From an uncultured Gammaproteobacteria bacterium (GTDB taxonomy: Bacteria > Patescibacteriota > Microgenomatia > Daviesbacterales > UBA10151): a stretch of 64,000 bases of DNA. A program made the translations under genes and the position numbers. The notes beneath the pieces are model-generated. The model searched no databases. It worked only from the letters and a program-made list of their open reading frames with translations, and was not told the origin of the DNA. Below are positions 37,602-46,875 of this stretch, piece after piece (positions within the stretch are counted from its first letter, which is position 1; the number at the start of each line of letters is the position of its first letter). Location: contig CAYMRP010000004.1 in the NCBI GenBank assembly GCA_964392925.1, positions 7,184 through 71,183 of the forward strand. Reading direction: 5' to 3'.

Positions 37602-38588
37602 ATGAAAAAAACTCTGCCAAAATTCTCTATCTCTAAAGCATCAGAAAAAAAACTAAGACTTGCCGCACTTGCTCTGATTTTAATTATGGCTTCGATTATT
37701 TTTCTGATGACCGGCCCCCAAGCTCTTGATCTAGTAGAGAGTAAAGTTGTTTCAGGTAATCTACCCGAAGAATCGATAAAATCCGAGGGCCTAGTTCTTT
37801 CTGAAGCCAAAGAACCGCCAAAAGTTGAGGTTATTTCTGCACATATTCCAGAACCAGTTATGAGTGCTGTGGCTGTTATTGCTTATGATGTTGCAGAAGA
37901 TAAAATTCTTTTTGAAAAAAATATTCATACTAAACTTGCTCCTGCTTCAACCACTAAAATTATGACTGCTATTATCGCTTCTGAATATTTTAACAGCGGT
38001 GATTTACTAACTGTTCCTGCAGAAGCCATAGTTGGGGGTTCAACAATGGGTCTGAACGCTTTTGAGAAACTAACCTTCAGAAGTCTGCTTTACGGTATGA
38101 TGCTCAATTCAGGTAATGATGCCGCTTTCACAATTGCTTATAATTATCCTGGAGGCAGAGATGCTTTTATTGCCAAGATGAATTCAAGAGCAGCAGAGAT
38201 AGGAGCTCTCAATACTCATTTTGATAATCCTGCCGGTTTTGACAGCCCCTATCATTATTCCTCAGCCTATGATCTTTTACTAATTGGCAGGGAATCAATC
38301 AAAAATGCCCGTCTTGGCAAAGTCTTCTCAACCAAAGAAACATCAGTTACCTCTCTTGATAAAACCCAAAATCATCCTTTAAAAAATCTTAATAAATTAC
38401 TAGATGAAGAAGGTGTAGTTGGAATTAAAACTGGCACTACTGAAATGGCCGGAGAAAGTTTTGTCGGATTAATTGAAAAAAATAACCGGACTGTTTTAAC
38501 AGTTATGTTAAATAGTCAGGATAGATTTGGCGAAACGAAAACATTACTTGATTGGATATTTGCCAACTATACTTGGCAGGTCAATTAG
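37602..38588 (+). CDS. dacA: D-alanyl-D-alanine carboxypeptidase (serine peptidase S11, PBP5-like)
   Basis: Signal anchor, SxxK active site PASTTKIMTA, SGN motif MLNSGNDAA, KTG motif GIKTGTT. Confidence 0.85.
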   Translation: MKKTLPKFSISKASEKKLRLAALALILIMASIIFLMTGPQALDLVESKVVSGNLPEESIKSEGLVLSEAKEPPKVEVISAHIPEPVMSAVAVIAYDVAEDKILFEKNIHTKLAPASTTKIMTAIIASEYFNSGDLLTVPAEAIVGGSTMGLNAFEKLTFRSLLYGMMLNSGNDAAFTIAYNYPGGRDAFIAKMNSRAAEIGALNTHFDNPAGFDSPYHYSSAYDLLLIGRESIKNARLGKVFSTKETSVTSLDKTQNHPLKNLNKLLDEEGVVGIKTGTTEMAGESFVGLIEKNNRTVLTVMLNSQDRFGETKTLLDWIFANYTWQVN

Positions 38589-39615
38589 TTTTTTCTACAT
38601 ACTCACTTTTTATCGCCGGCACATATCCTGCAAATCCAGTTCCTTCAAATACATATACCGGCTGCAAATAATTAGAAAACTGTTCTGATAAAAAGTAGGC
38701 CAGATAAACTTCACTAAGTGAAACATTACTATTTCTTGGTTCAACAGCAATATACCCTCCACCTGATTTAAGCTCTTCAAAAGCCTCAGCAGCAGTTTTT
38801 ATTGGATAAGTCCCAAAATTCTCAAGATCAATCGGCCAGAAAATATAATCAAGCGAAAGATATTTCCTGTCACTGCTTCTGTTTGCATTCCCTGTCGCTT
38901 TAATTAGCGACTCATTAAATTTAGGAGTCACAATTGGGTAGTCCTCGATCCTTTCCTGTCCTAAGTTCACAGTCACCAGCGTACTGTTCTTTTTTACTGC
39001 GTTATTATAACTAACAACAGTCTCACCTCCACTTAGCTGTTCCTTAAGAAGTCCCTTAGAAGATAAAAAGCTCTTAAATGTCTGTCCTTGCCTTGCCTCA
39101 TCAATAAAATCTTCGACTCTTTCAAAATTCTCTCCACTACCAGTAGCAACATTCCTTCTAAATTTAAAATTACCGGTATCCAAATCCACAATCAACTCGC
39201 CTCCATTAAGATCATCAATAAATTTATATTGAGTTGCCGAAATTGCTTGAGGAGTCTTATTAAAGCTAAGGGACCCGGCCAGTGCTTTAGCTCTATCAAG
39301 CGCCAGTAAGTCTGTTGCCAGTTGAGCTACAGAATAAACCTTAAATAGTCTTGGAGTATCCTCAGGCAGTCCTCCAGTCTCAGTATCAAGTGAATAAGAG
39401 AAATTAGAAGAGGCTATATTCGATTCAGGAAACGCCACCTGCGGTAAAGGCCCAAATGCAATCGTCGGCTGCTCAATCACCGGAGGAATCCCAGGTAGAT
39501 AGACATAGTTATAGTACAAATGCCAGGCTCCCCAGCCTAAAAATATCACAAATAAAGTCAGTATCGAGACTATAATCCCTTTTTTCGTTAATGCAGATGC
39601 TTCTGTCAGGGTCAT
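38581..39615 (-). CDS. Hypothetical membrane-anchored secreted protein
   Basis: 344 aa, N-terminal TM helix. No recognisable motifs. Overlaps the dacA stop by 8 nt (convergent). Confidence 0.4.
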   Translation of the reverse strand: MTLTEASALTKKGIIVSILTLFVIFLGWGAWHLYYNYVYLPGIPPVIEQPTIAFGPLPQVAFPESNIASSNFSYSLDTETGGLPEDTPRLFKVYSVAQLATDLLALDRAKALAGSLSFNKTPQAISATQYKFIDDLNGGELIVDLDTGNFKFRRNVATGSGENFERVEDFIDEARQGQTFKSFLSSKGLLKEQLSGGETVVSYNNAVKKNSTLVTVNLGQERIEDYPIVTPKFNESLIKATGNANRSSDRKYLSLDYIFWPIDLENFGTYPIKTAAEAFEELKSGGGYIAVEPRNSNVSLSEVYLAYFLSEQFSNYLQPVYVFEGTGFAGYVPAIKSEYVEKTN

Positions 39616-39674
39616 ATAATGATTATACTTTATGGCAAAAGATCTTGGTATAATTCACCCAAGGTAATCTCGAA

Positions 39675-41123
39675 ATGACTGAAATAAGAACCAGAATAGC
39701 ACCTTCCCCAACAGGAGAAGACCTACATATCGGCAATCTCTATACCGCTCTCATAAATTGGGCTTTTGCCCGCAAGAGTGATGGCAAATTTATTGTCCGT
39801 ATCGAAGACACAGACAGGGAAAGGTTTGTTGAGGGCGCTGAAGCAACAATTTTGAGCTCAATTAAAGCTTTCAATCTAATTCCAGACGAAAGCCCTGAAG
39901 TCGGTGGTCCTTTTGCTCCCTACAGGCAATCTGAGCGTCTTGAGCTTTACAGTAAATATGCTAATGAACTTCTCGAAAAAGACTTAGCCTATAAATGCTC
40001 CTGCTCGAAAGAGAAATTAGAGCAAATCAGAAACGAACAAACTTCAACCAGAATAAAAAAAATGCATCGCGAATATTGTGATCAAAATGCCGTTGTAGAA
40101 AAGTATGTTATCCGTTTAAAAGTCCCCCGAAATGAGAACATTACTTTCAAGGATCTTATCCGTGGAGACATAACAATTTCCAGCAATGAGCTTGATGATC
40201 AGGTCCTACTTAAGTCTGATGGCTACCCGACTTATCATCTTGGGGTTGTAGTTGACGATTACTTAATGAAAATCTCCCATGTCATCCGAGCCGAAGAGTG
40301 GATCTCTTCCACCCCAAAACATATTCTTTTATACAAAGCTTTTGGCTGGGAACTTCCCGTGTTCGTCCATCTCCCAATACTAAGAAATTCTGATAAATCA
40401 AAATTATCCAAAAGAAAAAATCCTGTTTGGGTAACCTGGTATTTAAAAGACGGTTATCTTCCTGAAGCCATACTAAATTTCCTGGCACTGATGGGTTGGT
40501 CTCATCCAGAACAAAAAGAGATTTTCTCAATTGATGAATTTATCCAAAAACTAGATCTTAAAGATTTCTCTCCAGCCGGTCCGGCCTTTGATCAGGTAAA
40601 ACTCGACTGGATGAATGGAGAATATATCAGACAAATGACAGATGACGAGTTAACAGACCGCTTAGAAAATTACTTAACCAGCATTGATCACGTAGCGAAG
40701 AATATTCCCGACAAAAGCGTTTTAAAGAAACTGGTTCCTCTAGTCAAAGAGCGTATTAAAAAGCTTTCTGACTTTATTCCTTTAACTGATTTTATTTTTG
40801 GTAAACCAGAATACGATATGTCGGTTTTTAATAAGCTTAAAATAGAAGACAAAAAAGCTGCTCTGGAAAAAGTTACTGAAAATCTAAACGGCTTATCCTT
40901 TCCTTGGAAGTCTGAAGATTTTGAGAATGCTTTTAAGAACCTGGCAAAAGAATTATCACTATCAAATCTCGACATGTTCCAACTAATAAGAGCCGCAGTC
41001 GCAGGACAACTCGTCACACCTCCATTATTTGAATCAATTCAGATCTTAGGAGAAGAGGAAACCAAAGCCCGAATAATAGAAGCTGGATCATTTATCGAGA
41101 ATCCCGAAGAAGTAGAATATTAA
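39675..41123 (+). CDS. gltX: Glutamate--tRNA ligase
   Basis: RIAPSPTGEDLHIGNLYTAL (HIGH) and KLSKRK (KMSKS) class I motifs. Confidence 0.95.
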   Translation: MTEIRTRIAPSPTGEDLHIGNLYTALINWAFARKSDGKFIVRIEDTDRERFVEGAEATILSSIKAFNLIPDESPEVGGPFAPYRQSERLELYSKYANELLEKDLAYKCSCSKEKLEQIRNEQTSTRIKKMHREYCDQNAVVEKYVIRLKVPRNENITFKDLIRGDITISSNELDDQVLLKSDGYPTYHLGVVVDDYLMKISHVIRAEEWISSTPKHILLYKAFGWELPVFVHLPILRNSDKSKLSKRKNPVWVTWYLKDGYLPEAILNFLALMGWSHPEQKEIFSIDEFIQKLDLKDFSPAGPAFDQVKLDWMNGEYIRQMTDDELTDRLENYLTSIDHVAKNIPDKSVLKKLVPLVKERIKKLSDFIPLTDFIFGKPEYDMSVFNKLKIEDKKAALEKVTENLNGLSFPWKSEDFENAFKNLAKELSLSNLDMFQLIRAAVAGQLVTPPLFESIQILGEEETKARIIEAGSFIENPEEVEY

Positions 41124-41125
41124 TT

Positions 41126-41446
41126 CTAAATCGCATTAATTTTCGCAGCCATCACAAAATCATTTTCGGTTAATCCTTTAGCTGCATGAGTCGTTAAAGA
41201 AACATTCACTTTATCATAAGAAATACTTAGATCTGGGTGATGTCCTTCCTCTTCCGCAATATCCGCCACCTTATTTACAAAACTCATTGACTCTTTGAAA
41301 TTTTTAAATTTGTAATCCTTACGGATGGTGTCGCCCACCAAAAACCAATTCTCAACCAGCAGCATATATTCTTTAATTTTATTTATCTCTAATTTCCCTT
41401 CACCGTTTTCACAGGGGACACAATGTTTTTTAGTTAAATCACTCAT
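41126..41446 (-). CDS. phhB: Pterin-4-alpha-carbinolamine dehydratase (PCD/DCoH)
   Basis: 106 aa with EEGHHPDL catalytic motif. Confidence 0.85.
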   Translation of the reverse strand: MSDLTKKHCVPCENGEGKLEINKIKEYMLLVENWFLVGDTIRKDYKFKNFKESMSFVNKVADIAEEEGHHPDLSISYDKVNVSLTTHAAKGLTENDFVMAAKINAI

Positions 41447-41451
41447 TAAAA

Positions 41452-42699
41452 TTATACTACCACAGGTGATTGATACTTGCGAAGATGAGGCACTCTCCAG
41501 GCAATCAACAAAGTTAGCGCCACAGTAATAATTCCTCCTGATACAACTGAAAAAGGTGCTCCAAAAAACTGAGCTAAAAATCCGGCTTCTGCCTCTCCTG
41601 CCATTGGTCCGCCCTGAACAAATATTGTATTAACTGCAATCATCCGTCCTTTAATATGATCAGGAGTTAACATTTGTCGAATTGTATTTCTCAAAACCGT
41701 TGAAATCATATCTCCGACCCCGACCAAACTCAGAAAAACCAAAGCTAAAACAAACGAGTTCGATAATCCAAACGCTGTCGTTGCCGCGCCGTACAATATA
41801 ACCCCTCCTAGAATCCACATTCCCTGATTCTTTAAATTATGAACCGAAGCTAAGACCAGTCCGGCAATAGTCGATCCAATTGCCGGTGCAGAATATAAAA
41901 GCCCGAGTCCTCTCGGTCCGGTTTCAAAAATATCTTTTGCAAATATCGGCAGTAGAGTGGTCGCTGAAGAAAAGAAGTTGGCTATAAAATCTAAAGTCAT
42001 TGTATAAATTAAAATCTCATTAGTAAAAACAAAATGAATTCCTTCCCACATTGATTTAAATGAATATGAAACTTCTTTAACTATTTCGTGCGGTTCAATA
42101 TGTATCGGAATCAAAAGAAAAATATAAATTATAAATGTCACAGCATTAAATAAGTAAACTCCTTCTACCCCAAAAAATTCAATCGTAAATCCTGCAATCG
42201 CTGGCCCTAACATCATCGAGATTTGTCTGCTGATTGTTTGTAAAGAAAACGCATTAACAAAATATTCACGGGTTACCAGTTGCGGAATAATCGATTGTCT
42301 AGCTGGCCCTTGAAGTGATCTCGCCCCAAAACTCAGGAAAACTAAAATATAAATTGCCAAAGGAGTAATTGTATTACTAAAAGTCATCACCATTAAAATA
42401 ACTGCGAATATAGCCGGTATAATTTGTGAAATTAGCAGAAGTTTTTTACGGTTTAATTTATCAACAATCAGTCCCGCCGGCAGAGAAAAAATAATAATTG
42501 CTAGGAAAGCTGATAACCCCACAAACCCCAAAGAAGCAGCTGAATCAGTCAGTTCGTAAACCTGCCAATTTATAGCCACAATTTGCATAGCTGAACCAAT
42601 CTCAGAAAAAGTTGTCCCAAAATAATAAAGTCTAAAATCCGGAAATTTTAAAGATGAAAATGTTTTCAGTTTATGCATCACAAATAGAAATTTTAGCAA
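41452..42699 (-). CDS. MFS transporter
   Basis: 415 aa, 12 TM helices, GxLxDxxxRKK-like loop (DKLNRKKLL) between TM2 and TM3. Confidence 0.8.
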   Translation of the reverse strand: MLKFLFVMHKLKTFSSLKFPDFRLYYFGTTFSEIGSAMQIVAINWQVYELTDSAASLGFVGLSAFLAIIIFSLPAGLIVDKLNRKKLLLISQIIPAIFAVILMVMTFSNTITPLAIYILVFLSFGARSLQGPARQSIIPQLVTREYFVNAFSLQTISRQISMMLGPAIAGFTIEFFGVEGVYLFNAVTFIIYIFLLIPIHIEPHEIVKEVSYSFKSMWEGIHFVFTNEILIYTMTLDFIANFFSSATTLLPIFAKDIFETGPRGLGLLYSAPAIGSTIAGLVLASVHNLKNQGMWILGGVILYGAATTAFGLSNSFVLALVFLSLVGVGDMISTVLRNTIRQMLTPDHIKGRMIAVNTIFVQGGPMAGEAEAGFLAQFFGAPFSVVSGGIITVALTLLIAWRVPHLRKYQSPVVV

Positions 42700-42828
42700 A
42701 ATACGGTATCCGGTTAAATGAGCAGGGTTTCATATTTAGGAAGGTTTCTGATAAAATTCCCTTTGTAGCTTATTGCGGATTCGTCTAGCGTGAATACGCC
42801 AGACGAAAACTGCTATGTTTGTTCATAT

Positions 42829-42899
42829 TGCGGATTCGTCTAATGGTAGGACGACAGATTCTGGATCTGTCTATTGGGGTTCGAATCCCTGATCCGCAG
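42829..42899 (+). tRNA. tRNA-Gln (anticodon CTG)
   Basis: Hand-folded cloverleaf. Acceptor TGCGGAT/ATCCGCA, D-arm GTC-TAATGGTAG-GAC, anticodon stem ACAGA/TCTGT with loop TTCTGGA, T-arm TGGGG-TTCGAAT-CCCTG, discriminator G. CCA is not encoded. Confidence 0.75.
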
Positions 42900-42928
42900 C
42901 AAAGTATTGAGTTCTGGTATTATTAATT

Positions 42929-43099
42929 ATGTCCAGAAAATTCTTGGTTTTAACCGGCATGACAATAGGTTCGCTTATTGGAGGATATATCCCGGTTTTA
43001 TTTGGAGCGGATCTATTTTCATACTCCTCGATTATTTTTAACGCCATTGGCGGTCTTACTGGAATTTGGATTTCTTATAAATTAACCCAAGGTTTCTGA
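42929..43099 (+). CDS. Small membrane protein (56 aa), unannotated in the ORF track
   Basis: ATG..TGA frame translating MSRKFLVLTGMTIGSLIGGYIPVLFGADLFSYSSIIFNAIGGLTGIWISYKLTQGF, with two hydrophobic helices. Confidence 0.4.
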   Translation: MSRKFLVLTGMTIGSLIGGYIPVLFGADLFSYSSIIFNAIGGLTGIWISYKLTQGF

Positions 43100-43137
43100 A
43101 TATTGAACTAGATTTTAATTTATGAAATAGTTAATTT

Positions 43138-43665
43138 ATGTTTAAGCCTCAATCGCCTATTAAGCAATCCGGCTTTAGCCTCCTTTTTATAATTTTGGTT
43201 ATTGCCGCTTTTATTGTTGCGGGGAGTACTGCCGCTTATTTTATGATCATAGAAAACAACTACAAAGAAACTCCAGTTCCTCCGGTTCGGTATCAAACTC
43301 CTGAAGAAAAAGCAGAGGAATCAAAAAAAATGAACAAAAACCCTTTGTATGATGGAGCAACATTGGCCAATCCGGCTTCTGAATACTGTATTAAAGCCGG
43401 TGGAACCCTTCAGAGCGAAACCCGGGGTGATGGTGGGGAGTACAGCATTTGTAATTTCGAGGATGATCAATCCTGCGAAGAGTGGGCGCTTTTTAGAAAG
43501 CAATGTCCGGTAGGAGGAGTTAAAACAATCGGATACGATAATCCTGAAGAAGTTTACTGCGTTCAGATCGGGGGACAAACAACAGCAGTCTCAGATTCTA
43601 AATGTACTCTACCCGGAGGAAAAGTTTGTTCTAATCTAGATTTATACAACGGCAAATGCCAATGA
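43138..43665 (+). CDS. DUF333 domain protein (putative hemolysin-like secreted protein), two DUF333 repeats
   Basis: Signal anchor. NPASEYCIKAGG...GEYSICNFEDDQSCEEWALFRKQC, and a second Cys-rich repeat. Confidence 0.65.
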   Translation: MFKPQSPIKQSGFSLLFIILVIAAFIVAGSTAAYFMIIENNYKETPVPPVRYQTPEEKAEESKKMNKNPLYDGATLANPASEYCIKAGGTLQSETRGDGGEYSICNFEDDQSCEEWALFRKQCPVGGVKTIGYDNPEEVYCVQIGGQTTAVSDSKCTLPGGKVCSNLDLYNGKCQ

Positions 43666-44255
43666 CAAAAATAGCCAGAGCCTACTTCTTAATTTTTGGT
43701 TTCCTTGATCTGATTGCTGCTGGTACTGCCTTCTTCCTTTCACTGAAGGTTATAGTCTTTTACTTCAGCTATTTTACTGTTCTAAGTAATTTGCTGATTA
43801 TTTCGGTTTTTATATATCTCGGAATTCATAATCCCAAAAGAACTTCCGGAACTTTTGACTCAATTCGCGCTGCCGCAACTCTATACATGACAATCACCGG
43901 GGTCATATATTGGTCTATACTAGTCAACCAGCATTCGCTTTCATTGGATCCCTGGATTAACTTAACTTTGCACGGAGTTACGCCGATTGCATCTGTAGTA
44001 GCCTGGGTTCTATTTCCTATAAAGACTAAACTAAAATCTAAAAATGTTTTACACTGGTTAATTTTCCCTTTACTATTCGTCGGCTACACACTAATCCGTG
44101 GTTACTTTATAAATTGGTATCCATATCCTTTCTTTAATCCAGTTACATCAGGGAGCTATCTGCAGGTATTTGTAAACACCGCAATTATCCTCATCGGAGC
44201 CTGGATAGCCGGACTGATATTAGTTTATATAAATAATATATCTAGAAAAAAGTAA
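43656..44255 (+). CDS. Integral membrane protein, unknown function
   Basis: 199 aa, six hydrophobic helices. Overlaps the DUF333 gene by 10 nt. Confidence 0.45.
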   Translation: MPMTKIARAYFLIFGFLDLIAAGTAFFLSLKVIVFYFSYFTVLSNLLIISVFIYLGIHNPKRTSGTFDSIRAAATLYMTITGVIYWSILVNQHSLSLDPWINLTLHGVTPIASVVAWVLFPIKTKLKSKNVLHWLIFPLLFVGYTLIRGYFINWYPYPFFNPVTSGSYLQVFVNTAIILIGAWIAGLILVYINNISRKK

Positions 44256-44272
44256 CCCAGTTGTTATAAATC

Positions 44273-45226
44273 TTGATGTCTGATACCTTACAGATTATGT
44301 CAAATTCTCAAACAACATCTACTTTAGTTATGGTCTCTCCAAATCATTTTGGCTTTAATGCTCAAACTGCTGGCAGTAATATTTTTCAGCATCAAATATC
44401 AGCCTCCGATAGTGATATCCAGCAAAAAGCACTTCTTGAATTTAATAACTCGGTTGAGATTTTAAAAGCCTCGGGAATAAATGTTCTCATTCTTGATAGT
44501 CGTCAGGATGTAATCACTCCAGATTCAATATTTCCTAATAACTGGTTCTCCCATCACTCAGATGGCAGACTTGTCGTTTATCCGATGCTTGCTCCTAACA
44601 GAAGACTAGAAAGGCAAACTCAAAATCTCGAGGAACTCCTCAAAAGTAATGGCGCTAGGCTGACTGAAACCTTAAACTTAGCGTCCGACGAAAATCAGGG
44701 CCATATCCTTGAAGGCACAGGCAGTCTAGTTTTAGATCGGGAAAATAAAGTCGCATTTGCAATGGAATCACCCCGTACTACGAAGGAAGAATTTGATAAA
44801 TGGTGCAATCTTATGAATTACGACGGGATTTTCTTTCATGCTTATGATAAAAACGGTTTTCCGATCTACCATACCAATGTCACAATGAGTATAGGTAAGG
44901 AATATGCTGTTATTTGTCTGGACTCAATAACAGATGTAAGAGAAAGAGAAGAAGTCCAGGAAAGGCTGGCTTCCTTAGACAAAGAAATAATAGCTCTCAC
45001 CAGGGATCAAATATATAATTACTGTGGTAACACTCTTCAGCTTCAATCTACAGATAATACCCCCAAGATAGTAATGTCAAAAACTGCATTCAATGGTTTT
45101 AATCCGGATCAGATTAAATCTCTTAAAAAATTCGGGGAAATAATTGAACTCGATATTCCAACAATCGAAACTATCGGTGGAGGATCAGCCCGCTGCATGC
45201 TTGCCGAAGTCTTCTTGCAAGATTAA
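44273..45226 (+). CDS. Amidinotransferase-superfamily hydrolase (CtlX/DDAH/arginine-deiminase fold)
   Basis: C-terminal catalytic-Cys motif GGGSARCM. Central HTN and D-rich segments typical of the guanidino-group-modifying enzyme fold. Confidence 0.6.
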   Translation: MMSDTLQIMSNSQTTSTLVMVSPNHFGFNAQTAGSNIFQHQISASDSDIQQKALLEFNNSVEILKASGINVLILDSRQDVITPDSIFPNNWFSHHSDGRLVVYPMLAPNRRLERQTQNLEELLKSNGARLTETLNLASDENQGHILEGTGSLVLDRENKVAFAMESPRTTKEEFDKWCNLMNYDGIFFHAYDKNGFPIYHTNVTMSIGKEYAVICLDSITDVREREEVQERLASLDKEIIALTRDQIYNYCGNTLQLQSTDNTPKIVMSKTAFNGFNPDQIKSLKKFGEIIELDIPTIETIGGGSARCMLAEVFLQD

Positions 45227-45249
45227 TCGATCCATGGAATACTTAATTA

Positions 45250-45615
45250 ATGCCCTTTAACCTCCTTTACGACATCTCAGTGATTGTTAAACTCGGGACA
45301 TTCGTCGATGCGCTTGGAATCTTAATCATCGTCTTTGGTCTGGTCTTGTCTGTCTTAATTTTCTTTAAAGATTGGTTTAAAGAAAGCGCTCTAAAGAATT
45401 CTTATATCCGGCTGCGTCAAAATCTTGGTCGGGCTATTCTGCTCGGATTAGAATTCCTTGTTGCTGGTGACATAATTAGATCAGTTGGGGGCGCGAACCC
45501 AAGCTTTACTAGTATCGGTATACTTGGACTAATCGTCATTATCCGTACCTTCCTCAGCTTTACATTCGAGCTAGAAGTTGAAGGCCGCTGGCCTTGGCAA
45601 AAGAAGTCTTCGTAA
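45250..45615 (+). CDS. DUF1622 family membrane protein
   Basis: 121 aa. LRQNLGRAILLGLEFLVAGDIIRSV matches the conserved DUF1622 core. Confidence 0.6.
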   Translation: MPFNLLYDISVIVKLGTFVDALGILIIVFGLVLSVLIFFKDWFKESALKNSYIRLRQNLGRAILLGLEFLVAGDIIRSVGGANPSFTSIGILGLIVIIRTFLSFTFELEVEGRWPWQKKSS

Positions 45616-45690
45616 TTAATCTGTTTTTACTTTCTGGATATAGCTCAAATCTTAATAGGAACAAGGATATACTCTAAACAGGAGTATTAT

Positions 45691-46788
45691 TTAGCGGTTA
45701 ACCCAATCACAATCAAGCATTCTATAAGTAAACTCGAATCTTCCAAACTTAAATACTTTTGGCTTGAATTCGCATACCAAATGTTTTCTTGGTCTTGGTG
45801 TAGCTGATGGGCTTGGAGTTACTGAAGGCTGTACAGTTGCTGAGGGTGAAGCACTTGGACTAACTGATGGGCTGGCAGAGGCTGAAGCTGAAGGAGATGG
45901 AGATACTGATGGGCTGGCAGATGGACTTGAAGTTGGGGTCGCGCTTGGAGAAGCACTAGGACTTGCAGACGCTGATGCACTGGGACTAGCTGATGGTGAA
46001 GCAGAAGGAGATGCAGATGCTGAAGCTGATGGGCTTGGGGATACCGATGGACTTGCCGAGGCCGATGCGCTTGGCGATGCCGAAGCACTAGCTGAAGGTT
46101 GACTCGAAGTAGAAGGCGCAGGTGAAGCGCTTGGATTTTCTGTATTCGAAGATGAATTTTGAGGATCGGGTGCAGTTCTATTTATAAAGTCGAGTAAATT
46201 ATCATCGGTGTCCTCACCGTTACCCAATAAAACATCAGCTCCAGTCTGCATTGATGCATTTGTCGAAGCTGAATTAGCTTTTCTCTCAACACTTCCGTTT
46301 GAAGGCGGATTACCCTTGGCTGCAGTTTCAAAATCATTTGCAGACCCAAGCCCAACTTTATCAATTAATACATCAGATCCATTCTTTAAATAGATAGTAT
46401 TATTAGATGAGATTGGATCAGCATTGTATGTGAGATCCTCAGTCACAGAACCCAGATAATCAGTATGAGCAATTAGATAATATCCATGAGAATTAATTGA
46501 AGTCCCGCCGGGTATAGTTGCTACCAGCACTTGATCAACCGCCGGATCCCCGCCTGCAGTTTTCTTCATTAATTTCCAGCCGCCAATATTAACAGCACTA
46601 GCGGTTGGATTATAAAGCTCAATAAATTCATTTGCTCCATCTCCGGTTAATCCGATTTGAAGTTCAGAGATAACAACATGACCAGCAGTAGCCGATTGAA
46701 CAAGATTAGGTTTTGCCAAGGAGATAACAGCAGTAACTAGAAGAAAAATATTAATTATAAAAAGCCAGGACAGTTTAGCTTTTTGCAT
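45691..46788 (-). CDS. Secreted lamin-tail-domain (LTD) protein with long Ser/Pro/Ala low-complexity linker
   Basis: Signal peptide. VISELQIGLTGDGANEFIELYNPT is the LTD motif. About 115 aa of (SPSASA)n follow, with a Cys-containing C-terminal tail. Confidence 0.7.
   Translation of the reverse strand: MQKAKLSWLFIINIFLLVTAVISLAKPNLVQSATAGHVVISELQIGLTGDGANEFIELYNPTASAVNIGGWKLMKKTAGGDPAVDQVLVATIPGGTSINSHGYYLIAHTDYLGSVTEDLTYNADPISSNNTIYLKNGSDVLIDKVGLGSANDFETAAKGNPPSNGSVERKANSASTNASMQTGADVLLGNGEDTDDNLLDFINRTAPDPQNSSSNTENPSASPAPSTSSQPSASASASPSASASASPSVSPSPSASASASPSASPSASPSASASASPSASPSATPTSSPSASPSVSPSPSASASASPSVSPSASPSATVQPSVTPSPSATPRPRKHLVCEFKPKVFKFGRFEFTYRMLDCDWVNR
45780..46110. repeat. Degenerate tandem nucleotide repeat encoding the (SPSASA)n linker of the LTD protein
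   Basis: Repeated GCTGAAGG/GATGGGCTTGG-type units. The long antisense ORFs 45764..46102 (+) and 45819..46088 (-) are repeat artefacts. Confidence 0.8.
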
Positions 46789-46875
46789 CTATGTAAACTT
46801 TATACATTATCTTATCCATAGTCTGTCAATACTGTCAAAATATATCAAACGCCAATCGAATCTGAAAAATGAAAA

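Noticed and set aside
42771-42828. Second tRNA gene upstream of tRNA-Gln
   Set aside because: Only the first 15-17 nt match a tRNA. There is no anticodon arm or T-arm. It is reported as a finding (5'-end duplication), not as a gene.
45764-46102. ORFs 45764..46102 (+, GLGVADG... repeats) and 45819..46088 (-, Q/H/L-rich)
   Set aside because: They are alternative-frame and antisense readings of the (SPSASA)n-encoding repeat inside the LTD gene. Their low-complexity translations are typical repeat artefacts.
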